Part shown: positions 26,447 through 34,780 of the stretch, one piece after another
How the letters are laid out: the number at the start of each line of letters is the position of its first letter
Numbering within the stretch: position 1 is the first letter of the stretch
Virus record (IMG/VR): IMGVR_UViG_3300045988_167206
Location: 108,686 to 172,685 of that record
Strand: one strand, 5' to 3'
Length of the DNA stretch: 64,000 bases
Source: a virus
Translations under genes and position numbers: made by a program
The notes under the pieces: model-generated
Databases searched by the model: none
Seen by the model: the letters and a program-made list of their open reading frames with translations, nothing else
What the model was told of the DNA's origin: nothing

Positions 26447-26995
26447 CTAAACAATTACTGTTAATCCATTTTTAATTCCTTCTTTTGGATCATCCCATTC
26501 TTCATATGAAACGATTTCCTGGCTTGGACTATAGTTATCTCCATCAAGAGATATTATTTTGCCGACCTCAGTTTTAAATGCTCCGGCAAATATACTGTCT
26601 GTTTCATATATAGGAGGAATAGTAATCCTATATTCAACATAGTCATAATCTTTATTTTTTATTAAATCTCCAATAGTAAGACGAGCACCTTCATTCTCAA
26701 TCATTGGAATTTCTTTAATTCCTAGGACGATTTTTCTGTATTCTTCCGATGTTATTTTTCCAAGCTTCATATTAATGAGATCGCCAATATGTTTACCTTT
26801 AATATCTACATCATATTGAATATCGTTGCATAACTTCCGGATTTCATATACGGCTTTTTTAGAGTCAAGATGCATTTTACTTTCGCGAACGCATATCTCC
26901 CCAACTTCGTTATAAAAGCTCTTAAATCGATCAATTATATAAATAAGCTGCTCTTTACTGAGGTTTTCTAAATTTTCTTTAATATCACTTCTCAT
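26447..26995 (-). CDS. hypothetical protein
   Basis: 182-aa ORF overlapping the start/stop of its neighbours. Confidence 0.65.
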   Translation of the reverse strand: MRSDIKENLENLSKEQLIYIIDRFKSFYNEVGEICVRESKMHLDSKKAVYEIRKLCNDIQYDVDIKGKHIGDLINMKLGKITSEEYRKIVLGIKEIPMIENEGARLTIGDLIKNKDYDYVEYRITIPPIYETDSIFAGAFKTEVGKIISLDGDNYSPSQEIVSYEEWDDPKEGIKNGLTVIV

Positions 26996-27282
26996 AGCTC
27001 ATCCATCCAATCCTTCAAATCGTAAATATCAAATTCCGTAATCTTTTCAAGATCCGGATGATAGAAGAAGAGAGAACTATCATTAGTCCCAGCTGCAAAT
27101 GTTTGCTCTAGGAATGATAAGACAGTTCTAACACCAAGAGAGTAAGCTTCGCTCTCAGTTCCGGTCATTTCTTCGGTTATATCTCTGTATTTTTTATCAA
27201 GTGCATCCTTAAACGTTTTTGTGTTGAAGCCCCAGAAGGAAATATCCTCCAGGGCTTTCATATCATAATTTACATGTGACAT
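26992..27282 (-). CDS. hypothetical protein
   Basis: 96-aa ORF with AAGGAG and the conserved 15-mer just upstream. Confidence 0.6.
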   Translation of the reverse strand: MSHVNYDMKALEDISFWGFNTKTFKDALDKKYRDITEEMTGTESEAYSLGVRTVLSFLEQTFAAGTNDSSLFFYHPDLEKITEFDIYDLKDWMDEL

Positions 27283-27302
27283 TTTTAATTCTCCTTAATA
27301 TA

Positions 27303-27320
27303 TCATTAAATTTTACATTA
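27303..27320 (-). promoter_or_regulatory. copy of conserved 15-mer RTAAAATTTAAAAAT (minus orientation)
   Basis: On the minus strand reads ATTAATGTAAAATTTAATGATATATTAAGGAG. About 25 nt upstream of ATG 27282. Confidence 0.6.
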
Positions 27321-27325
27321 ATTGA

Positions 27326-28339
27326 TTAAAGTCTTGCGTCATACATCTGCTGTACAAGCATTTCTACGTCTGATTTAAACAGTTTTACAGCTAATTCGTA
27401 TAATTCGTTAAGCATTCCAAGCTGCTCATCAATAAACTGAAGCCGGCTCTTACATTTAGGAGAATGTGTATCATTATATTTATTCATTCTGTATTTTGTG
27501 TTCATGTGATAAATGTCATCAAATTCTCTATACAGAATCATGTATCTGGATCCGAAATTATCTCCAGGAGCACGAAGAACTCTGTTTAAGATAGCTCTTT
27601 TCCCTGCAAGTGGAACATCCTTAACAAGGTTTGTAACAACACCTACATAGCCTTCGATCTGCTGATCTTTGAATTCTAACTGTTCATGCTGTTTGGAGAG
27701 TTCTCGTTTCTGAGCAAGAATACGATTATCTTTTTCATTCAGATCTTTCTGCTGAGATTCAAGCTGAAGTTTCTGGTCCTTGATAATCTTGTTCTACTGC
27801 GCCATAGCCTGCATATTTAATCTGAAGAAATTTTTTACATTTTCGTCAGCAAACGGCAGGTACGTTTCTACAAAGAGATCTTCCTGTCCAGGATTAATAT
27901 AACCCCCGGTCTTGCGAATAGTAGGAAGAACTTCTGCTGTAACCCAGTGCTTAAACTCTTTGGCTTTTTCGAGCTTGCTGCCGAGGATGAGAGAGTAGAG
28001 ACCGGATTCGTTGATCCAAACTGGATACTGAGTTCGTCCTAAACTATCTGTGATGGATGGGGTAACGTTTTGGACCCCCATCTTATCTTCTTCTGATACA
28101 TGATTACGAATTGCTTTACTTGTATTAAAATATCCCAACGCTTCAGCTACATCCTTGCCTACAAACCACGGTTCTCCCTCGATCGTAAGAGTACGAAGAT
28201 TACCGAACTCTGGATGAAGAGAAGAGTTAAAGATCTGGATCTGCGGTGGAGTAGTGGATTTGGTAGTGGAGGATGAGAATCCTTCTGTTACCTGCTCTGG
28301 TGTAATAGTTGCTGCGATTTTACTTGCGTTGCTTGTCAT
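27326..28339 (-). pseudogene. Bro-N/antirepressor-type gene (337 codons) interrupted by a single in-frame TAG at 27794-27796
   Basis: I translated 27793 down to 27541 codon by codon: 84 sense codons (NKIIKDQKLQLESQQKDLNEKDNRILAQKRELSKQHEQLEFKDQQIEGYVGVV...). They run in frame into the 71-aa ORF 27326..27541. Confidence 0.7.
27794..28339 (-). CDS. Bro-N domain protein (N-terminal product of the interrupted antirepressor gene)
   Basis: FGNLRTLTIEGEPWFVGKDVAEALGY...INESGLYSLILGSKLEKAKEFKHWVTAEVLPTIRKTGGY is the Bro-N/phage antirepressor signature. Confidence 0.8.
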   Translation of the reverse strand: MTSNASKIAATITPEQVTEGFSSSTTKSTTPPQIQIFNSSLHPEFGNLRTLTIEGEPWFVGKDVAEALGYFNTSKAIRNHVSEEDKMGVQNVTPSITDSLGRTQYPVWINESGLYSLILGSKLEKAKEFKHWVTAEVLPTIRKTGGYINPGQEDLFVETYLPFADENVKNFFRLNMQAMAQ

Positions 28340-28385
28340 AATTATTGTCTCCTTTAAAATTAATTTGTTTTACACTGATGATAAT

Positions 28386-28398
28386 TAAATTTTACATT
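28386..28398 (-). promoter_or_regulatory. copy of conserved 15-mer (minus orientation)
   Basis: On the minus strand reads AATGTAAAATTTAATTATC. 47 nt upstream of ATG 28339. Confidence 0.55.
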
Positions 28399-28494
28399 AT
28401 TAAATCTTAAAAATAAAAACATCAGTATTTATGAGGTTTTCAAGGTGCTGCACACGGAAGATTTGTACAAATGTAAAAACAATTGATATACTTT

Positions 28495-28528
28495 CAAATT
28501 TTACATTATAACCGGTACACGATGAGTA
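28495..28528 (+). promoter_or_regulatory. bipartite box TTACAT-N16-TGAGTATAT, overlapping an inverted 15-mer copy
   Basis: TTACAT at 28501-28506 and TGAGTA at 28523-28528. Same architecture as the boxes after hairpins U1-U4. 28495-28507 is also the reverse complement of AATGTAAAATTTG. Confidence 0.4.
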
Positions 28529-28570
28529 TATCACCAGCGAAAGGTAGTGTCAAGAGCTTTGAACGAAAAT

Positions 28571-28585
28571 AATGTAAAATTTAAA
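28571..28585 (+). promoter_or_regulatory. copy of conserved 15-mer
   Basis: AATGTAAAATTTAAAC, inside the non-coding control region. Confidence 0.5.
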
Positions 28586-28727
28586 CAGATATTTTGAGCC
28601 ATGTGAATGATGAGAGGGGAGGGAAAGGTAGGTGATGTTGCATTAAATAGGAAGAAACTCGTTATATTTGGTGCGAGATATAGAGATTTTGCGATCAGAA
28701 GTGCGATAGGAGAGTTGGAGATAGTAA

Positions 28728-28740
28728 ATGTAAAATTTGA
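28728..28740 (+). promoter_or_regulatory. copy of conserved 15-mer (3' half diverged)
   Basis: AATGTAAAATTTGA. Confidence 0.4.
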
Positions 28741-28991
28741 TGAGAGTGTATGGGGATTGTGAGGATTGAGACAAGATTTTGAGTGAATGGGGATGTGATA
28801 GGCGGGATGTTAAAATTGCAGTCAGTGTATGTGTGAACCGGCTTACCAAGAAACCATAAAAAAACATGCCTTTTTTGGTCAAAAGTACCCCCTACTTGCA
28901 CCTAAATCTTCAAAAAGACAATTGACAATAGGGATTGTTTGTCCCGGAATCCCTTTATTTATGCGGGTTTCCGGGCTTTTTGGAAAAATAA

Positions 28992-29040
28992 TAGTAAAAT
29001 TTAAAAAATGCATGGTTTCTATATGTACGGCGTGTATAAT
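28992..29040 (+). promoter_or_regulatory. 15-mer copy followed by an extended -10 (TGTATAAT)
   Basis: TAGTAAAATTTAAAAAATG at 28992-29010. TGTATAAT at 29033-29040, followed by GGGTAGTGTCAAGAG, a string also found at 28544. Confidence 0.45.
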
Positions 29041-29712
29041 GGGTAGTGTCAAGAGGATAAGCAATCCCTACTTGATAAATGTTCGTTATACTATCGGCGT
29101 GAGTGACCGCCGAACCTTGTAACCTATAAACCAATGAGTTCTACTGTATAGGAACGTTTAATAGCTATACAGGCACTTCAACAGCAGGTGAGGAGCGGTA
29201 AACTTTAATACCGATATCAAATTGAACCCTAAATAGGAAGTTCTTTTAATTTAAGCGGGTACAATACTGGACGTGGGGCGGGAAAGACCATATTAAGTAC
29301 TAGTAGTAACGACAGGTTGTACAGTAAAAATTCTCATATGAATACCGCTGAAAAAAGAGTATACTATAAATCTTTATCTTTGAAGAAATAGCTTGTTAAT
29401 AGATGTGGGCGAACAAGCTGACAGCAAGCCCGAACACTCAGGGCGGTACATTGAGAGAGTACCAAAAAACTACAGTTCTTCTGGAAATGTCAACAAGTAG
29501 TAATCTGGTGATTCTACTTTACGATAAGTACAGCGTGAAGTCTCTGATAGACTTCACAGGTGGTGCAAGTCTCTGATAGACAAGTACAGGAACAACAACA
29601 CACTTTCTGTATCTAATACCCATATGCGAAACGCGTGGCGAAAAATACAGTCTAACTATAAACAATGACGGGATAAGTCCGTCTAATTATAAGAAAGAAA
29701 GAGGTAGTTATC

Positions 29713-30477
29713 ATGTTAAAAGCTGAGAATATCATTATTAGAACCATTAACCATAAGCCAGAGCAGTTTGACAAAATCTGTGATTTTGTACGCTTCCTTG
29801 CATGGGATGCAGAGTACACTAACACAAAGAAGCAGTACTCAAAAATGACTGCTTTAATCACAGAACAGTTCCCGTTCGCTAATCTCAGTGAGATTGACGT
29901 AAAAGAATTGATTCTTGTTGACGGGTTGGAAGTCCAAAAGTTCATTGAAACACGCAAGCGTATGCGTGAACTTGATGAGATTCTGGACGAACTGGCTAAA
30001 CAGGGATTTACAAAAATCTCATATAACGCACTCAACAGCACAGACAAAGTGTTTTTGACTTTACAGGCTCATACAGCAGTAAAGGCTATTCAGATTGATG
30101 AGTCTGTACTCACAAAATCCAACGGGGAAAAACTGGACTTTGAACCACTTATCAATAAATGGATTGCAAACGGTCAGAAGTTCGCAGATATTCGAAAAGC
30201 ACTGTCAGCCGTTTTTTCCAAAATGGTCAACAGTGAGGGTGACTTGTTCTATCCTATCAAAATCAAAAAAAGTGATTTGCCGGAATCAGACGTTCGCCAT
30301 TTCCTTGGTGCATTCCTTGGAAAAACCGGACGTTCCGACAAGGGTAAAGGACGTTATCAGTATCTGACAGATATCTCTGATAAAAAAGTGCTGTCAGCAG
30401 TCACAGATCTTTATGCGGTCATTCTTGAAAGTGATTGTATTGAAGTGATTAAGTCAGAGCCACATAACGAAAAATAA
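29713..30477 (+). CDS. hypothetical protein (first gene of the plus-strand array)
   Basis: 254-aa ORF with AAGAAAGAGGTAGT SD. Followed by a strong terminator. Confidence 0.75.
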   Translation: MLKAENIIIRTINHKPEQFDKICDFVRFLAWDAEYTNTKKQYSKMTALITEQFPFANLSEIDVKELILVDGLEVQKFIETRKRMRELDEILDELAKQGFTKISYNALNSTDKVFLTLQAHTAVKAIQIDESVLTKSNGEKLDFEPLINKWIANGQKFADIRKALSAVFSKMVNSEGDLFYPIKIKKSDLPESDVRHFLGAFLGKTGRSDKGKGRYQYLTDISDKKVLSAVTDLYAVILESDCIEVIKSEPHNEK

Positions 30478-30500
30478 CCATTCTTGACAATTAAACATAA

Positions 30501-30527
30501 AAAAAGACCTTCGCGGGTCTTTTTTTA
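30501..30527 (+). terminator. rho-independent terminator
   Basis: AAGACC-ttcgcg-GGTCTT followed by TTTTTTT. Confidence 0.85.
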
Positions 30528-30552
30528 TTGTGAAAAAAATAAGGGGTAAAAT

Positions 30553-31287
30553 ATGAGCAAAAAAGGATTAAAACTGTATACAAAACAGTGTAAAGCATAC
30601 AATACAATTTTTGAAGGCTTTAAAGTTCCCGTTGGTGCATTTTATGGACGTATTTTAGTACCATATACAGACGGTATTTATCGCAGTTCGGATTATGTTT
30701 TTTGGGTATGTGATGACCCAAAAAGTATTAAAACAGGTATGCTTTCCATTCATATTATGAAACGCGAATGGGGTAATAATACTATTACTCGCGATATTCG
30801 CAAGACTACATGGCACGATATTAAAGTAGGAAAAAATCATCCAATTTATCAAACTGTATTAACAGAATGCTATAAACTTGGTGGAATTCCTGTAGTTAAA
30901 ACCTTTAAAAATCCGCAAATTTATGTTAATCGTGTATACACTGCACTAGCACATGAATATAGCTACCGTAAACATCCACAGCCACAGTCACGTTGTTATA
31001 AACAAGCACAAGTTGACGGTAAAAATTGGGATATTTCTTGGGAAGAAAACATTCAACCAATGCAGGATATTGACGGTTATAATTACAATGGTATGCCTGT
31101 ACAATATAATTCTGATAACACCAAACAAGCTCCTTTTACCTCTTTTGAAGGATTTACCGACACGTATGAAGCTCATAGACATGATGGTATGAAGGTTAAT
31201 CAGACTAAATGCAGACCTGAAAAACAACGTAATAATAATGCCATTATATCTATAAAAATCAACGGTGTTAATATTAACGTTAAATAA
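30553..31287 (+). CDS. hypothetical protein
   Basis: 244-aa ORF with AAGGGG SD. Confidence 0.7.
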   Translation: MSKKGLKLYTKQCKAYNTIFEGFKVPVGAFYGRILVPYTDGIYRSSDYVFWVCDDPKSIKTGMLSIHIMKREWGNNTITRDIRKTTWHDIKVGKNHPIYQTVLTECYKLGGIPVVKTFKNPQIYVNRVYTALAHEYSYRKHPQPQSRCYKQAQVDGKNWDISWEENIQPMQDIDGYNYNGMPVQYNSDNTKQAPFTSFEGFTDTYEAHRHDGMKVNQTKCRPEKQRNNNAIISIKINGVNINVK

Positions 31288-31349
31288 TTTGACATATATT
31301 CACTAACAGTATATTATGAGAGGAGGTGATATACTGGAGGTGAGAAAAT

Positions 31350-31643
31350 ATGATGATAGACAGTACAAAATTAATGTTTGGTGGATCTGATTGGTCTGTT
31401 AGAAGACGAGCAAGATTACTCGACCAAATGGATCAATATATTAAAGCACATATTAATTCATACGATGATTCTTCAATCAGAGAGTGGCGTATATTTGGAA
31501 TACTTGATAAATCTGATGAAGAAGTTCTTGAAATGGCAGAAGATTATACACAGTTTATTAATGCCTTATTTGTATTTCAAGGCATCGTTGCTGGTGAGAG
31601 TATAGACGAAATTCTCACTGTCAAAATTGGTCGTTTTAACTAA
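31350..31643 (+). CDS. hypothetical protein
   Basis: 97-aa ORF with GGAGGTGAG SD. Confidence 0.6.
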   Translation: MMIDSTKLMFGGSDWSVRRRARLLDQMDQYIKAHINSYDDSSIREWRIFGILDKSDEEVLEMAEDYTQFINALFVFQGIVAGESIDEILTVKIGRFN

Positions 31644-31665
31644 TAATCAACACCACACACATTAA

Positions 31666-31692
31666 GAAGCCCAACACCAGGGCTTCTTTTTG
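31666..31692 (+). terminator. rho-independent terminator
   Basis: GAAGCCC-aacacca-GGGCTTC followed by TTTTT. Confidence 0.85.
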
Positions 31693-31736
31693 TGTACAAA
31701 AAATATAGATAACACCACAAACCACCACATATCACA

Positions 31737-31806
31737 GTCCTATTGATGTGAGGAACATTCGCCGGTTCCACCCCTTACCGGTTGCAAGGTCAAACCTTGA
31801 TAGGAC
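31737..31806 (+). other. multi-stem structured element in the 5' leader of gene 31840
   Basis: Closing stem GTCCTATTGA/TTGATAGGAC encloses GGAAC/GTTCC, CCGG/CCGG and CAAGG/CCTTG hairpins. Confidence 0.45.
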
Positions 31807-31839
31807 GCTTGTAATGAACATACACAAGGAGGAGTTACT

Positions 31840-32055
31840 ATGTTTAAAAATCAAAGTCTCAGACTTATTATGCAATTAGAAAGTCAGCTGTCCGCAATTG
31901 ACATTCTAATCTCAGAAGCAGAGACTCGCTTCGATCTTGCAACTATTGAACATTATAATAAGGTTCGAAAAGTCCTTTCTCATAAACTCAATGTGATCTT
32001 GCAAGACCACAAGGAATCATTAGAACATGATTATGAATTAGTATATTCCTGCTAG
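31840..32055 (+). CDS. hypothetical protein
   Basis: 71-aa ORF with AAGGAGGAG SD. Confidence 0.55.
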   Translation: MFKNQSLRLIMQLESQLSAIDILISEAETRFDLATIEHYNKVRKVLSHKLNVILQDHKESLEHDYELVYSC

Positions 32056-32119
32056 TTCCCTTTAATTTTAATACATCATAGGTTACGTCTAATCCACAAA
32101 GGCGAGAAGGAGAATAACC

Positions 32120-32533
32120 ATGACAACAACAATCACAATAAAAGACTACAATGATGCAGTCACCCTGCTTAATGCATTTTACGGAGAGGACGGATGGCTC
32201 ATCTGCAACTATCTGGAAGATCCGGTTTTACAAGTTCGCACCCTCTGGGATAGCGACAACTGCAAGTCGAAAGCTATAAAGATTGCACTGGCAGTCATTC
32301 TTTCTACCGCTTGCGTAGAGGATGAAGAAATCCTGAACGACTGGGATGAATGGACGATGGCTGAATATCTGCATATAGATTATTGCCTGGATAATCCAGA
32401 AGATTACGAAAAATTACTCAAAAAAGCAGAAGATATAGAATCTCAGTTAGATGATTGTGATTGGAATATTATTGAGTTTTTGAATAATCAGAAAGAGTGT
32501 CGTGTGTTCGACACAACATGCTGGATAAGATAA
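32120..32533 (+). CDS. hypothetical acidic protein
   Basis: 137-aa ORF with GAAGGAG SD. Confidence 0.65.
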   Translation: MTTTITIKDYNDAVTLLNAFYGEDGWLICNYLEDPVLQVRTLWDSDNCKSKAIKIALAVILSTACVEDEEILNDWDEWTMAEYLHIDYCLDNPEDYEKLLKKAEDIESQLDDCDWNIIEFLNNQKECRVFDTTCWIR

Positions 32534-32556
32534 AAGGAAGAGAGGAGAATAACCAT

Positions 32557-32784
32557 ATGAATATGAATGCCATCCAGACAGAAGCAGCCATGCATGATTT
32601 ACTTATTCGTGTCGGTAGAAATACCGATCCGAACTACATTTCAATCAAAAATCTCTTGATTTCATACATGTATAACACATGTATTTCAAAGAGCAAAATC
32701 TACGAGATCTTCGTAGAGTTCTGTAATACTGGAGTGTTACCGGCGATGAGTACCGTACCAGGATATTACAGATATAACAAATAA
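32557..32784 (+). CDS. hypothetical protein
   Basis: ORF track 32497..32784 trimmed to ATG 32557 (GAGAGGAG upstream). Confidence 0.55.
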   Translation: MNMNAIQTEAAMHDLLIRVGRNTDPNYISIKNLLISYMYNTCISKSKIYEIFVEFCNTGVLPAMSTVPGYYRYNK

Positions 32785-32841
32785 TAAAATGGTAATTTTA
32801 AACATACATGTATAAATATATAGGAGAAAGAGGGTGTTAAT

Positions 32842-32916
32842 ATGGTTTTACTTATCGGATATACTCCTGTTGATGTAATTATTGCACCACTTATTATAGA
32901 TATATTTAGAAAATAA
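32842..32916 (+). CDS. 24-aa hydrophobic peptide MVLLIGYTPVDVIIAPLIIDIFRK
   Basis: Not in the ORF track. TAGGAGAAAGAGGG SD upstream. Confidence 0.35.
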   Translation: MVLLIGYTPVDVIIAPLIIDIFRK

Positions 32917-33105
32917 ACACAAAAATGTAATCCTGAATTATATCAATTCAAATTTCAAATTTGCTATAAAATCATATTACTTGCCGATTTGAAACTTGGG
33001 TTTTGAAATAGGATCGCATTTTTTGTACCGACCCACCCCAGTAGTGAAGCTACGAAAATAAATATACACCTGATATACAGGGAAATAAGAAGGAGAGAAA
33101 ACATC

Positions 33106-33657
33106 ATGAAAAAATCATTCAACGCAAATATTAAATCTGCAATCGAAACAATCGTCACGATTACTCTTGCTACACTTGCAGTAGCATGTCAGCCTTCACC
33201 AGTAAATGCAGCTACGGAAACATTTTTGGATTCTATTACTACTAAAACAGAATCTACATCAACTGGAACTCTGTATACATTCAGTGATGGAACCGGTTAC
33301 TATGAAGAGAAATCAGACGCAACAGAAGATTTTTCTGATGGATTAAAGAAACCAGATACAACAGCGTTCGCTCCAACGCTCAGATATTCAATGGACGGAA
33401 AGTATTATCCACTCACTGGAATTATCACATCAATAGTTCCAGACGCAGACGCAAGAGAAAATGTGATCACTTTCGAATGTGGAAACGGAAACATGTTCCA
33501 GTTTACAGATTCTACAAATGCAGACTGGGATACATATGATCTTGTATCTTGTGTCATGGATAACAATGGAACTGCAATTGTATATGACGATGAAGTTGTT
33601 ACGACAATGTACGCAGGATATACAGGACAGTTCCAGGAGATTGAAGGAAGAGATTAA
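33106..33657 (+). CDS. putative secreted lipoprotein
   Basis: N-terminal MKKSFNANIKSAIETIVTITLATLAVAC: basic n-region, hydrophobic core, lipobox-like LAVAC. Confidence 0.6.
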   Translation: MKKSFNANIKSAIETIVTITLATLAVACQPSPVNAATETFLDSITTKTESTSTGTLYTFSDGTGYYEEKSDATEDFSDGLKKPDTTAFAPTLRYSMDGKYYPLTGIITSIVPDADARENVITFECGNGNMFQFTDSTNADWDTYDLVSCVMDNNGTAIVYDDEVVTTMYAGYTGQFQEIEGRD

Positions 33658-33696
33658 ATATGTTATAATAAATAAAAAAGAAAGAGGTGAAAGGAA

Positions 33697-34065
33697 ATGT
33701 TCGCCATTTATAAAAGAATAGCTGAATTCAAATGGAAAGACAGATTTTCCATTGAAGCTGGATGCACCTGTGATGATCCGGATCCTGAGCTTCTTACATC
33801 TTTTGATAGTCTCGAAGATGCAAGAAAAGAACTAAACAAACATAAAACTTCTATAAGGGAATTTGATTCTCCTATAGGAAAAATGTTTGAAGTTGTTGAA
33901 TATATCATTCAGGACCAGGAAAGCTTTGATGTGTGGGACGAATCAGAACTCAACATTAATCTGCTTGATGAAAATGGAAACAGTGTTGCAACTTGCGTAT
34001 CTTATCAAAGTGCGGAAGAGATTTTTAATAAAGATGATCGTGAATTAAAAATAGTTCTTCCGTGA
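33697..34065 (+). CDS. hypothetical protein
   Basis: 122-aa ORF with AGAGGTGAAAGG SD. Confidence 0.65.
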   Translation: MFAIYKRIAEFKWKDRFSIEAGCTCDDPDPELLTSFDSLEDARKELNKHKTSIREFDSPIGKMFEVVEYIIQDQESFDVWDESELNINLLDENGNSVATCVSYQSAEEIFNKDDRELKIVLP

Positions 34066-34083
34066 TAATAACAAAATCAACTA

Positions 34084-34119
34084 ATAGTCTTATAGAGAAA
34101 TCTGTGAGACTATTTTTTT
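34084..34119 (+). terminator. terminator-like hairpin with T tract
   Basis: TAGTCT...AGACTA stem (16-nt loop) followed by TTTTTTT. Confidence 0.45.
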
Positions 34120-34138
34120 ATGAAAGGAAATAAAAATC

Positions 34139-34396
34139 ATGAACAACAGAAAATTGAAATCAATCCTTACAGGCGGCTTATTCTTAGCTGTCTTTTTTAT
34201 TGCAGTCGCAATCACAGGATCCGTTGACTACAACGCTTACAACGGAATCCATAAGGTTTCCGGCACTGTGATCAACGGAAAAGTCCAGGACGATAACGGA
34301 AATGTGTACTCCGCAGCTTCCTGGGAAACCGGATCAAAGGTAACTCTCACCCTTGATGGTGATGGTGCAGTGGTAAGTATTGCCACTAATAAATAA
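34139..34396 (+). CDS. membrane-anchored small protein
   Basis: 85 aa. N-terminal TM segment LTGGLFLAVFFIAVAITGSV. Confidence 0.6.
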   Translation: MNNRKLKSILTGGLFLAVFFIAVAITGSVDYNAYNGIHKVSGTVINGKVQDDNGNVYSAASWETGSKVTLTLDGDGAVVSIATNK

Positions 34397-34420
34397 TAAT
34401 CTAAGAAGGAGGGAAATGGT

Positions 34421-34759
34421 ATGGCAGTAAATTTAACCAGACCAAAAACAGCAACAGAGCATCAAATAAAACTTAAATCTCTGAATAAGGACATCAATGG
34501 AATGTTACATGTTCTTGCGAGCTACAAGAAACATCCAGAAACAGAAAGAACATTCTTCACAAAAGAAAAATGTGAGAAAGAACTCGCACTTGCATATCAT
34601 CAGAAACTTAAACTTCTGTATCCAAAGGCAGAAGCATTATATCAATCTACCATTACAGAAACCTGCAACGGAGAATTTGGACGGAAGTTACTTATTAAAT
34701 ACGATCTCATCGAGACTTGTGGCGTTGCAGATAATGATGAGAAACTTTATGCAATTTAA
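34421..34759 (+). CDS. hypothetical protein
   Basis: 112-aa ORF with AAGGAGGG SD. Confidence 0.65.
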   Translation: MAVNLTRPKTATEHQIKLKSLNKDINGMLHVLASYKKHPETERTFFTKEKCEKELALAYHQKLKLLYPKAEALYQSTITETCNGEFGRKLLIKYDLIETCGVADNDEKLYAI

Positions 34760-34780
34760 ATAGAAAGGAGAGAAAACGAA

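Noticed and set aside
428-28339. Genome-wide TAG (amber) reassignment
   Set aside because: TAG is the natural terminal stop of at least three well-formed structural genes (428, 1783, 7998). Only one gene shows an internal in-frame TAG, and no CUA-anticodon tRNA is present in the window.
28643-30047. Track ORFs 28643..28882(-), 28695..28901(-), 28829..29122(+), 28879..29064(-) and 29652..30047(-)
   Set aside because: They have low-complexity products caused by strand-biased composition. They have no SD, overlap each other or overlap the well-supported gene 29713..30477 in antisense.
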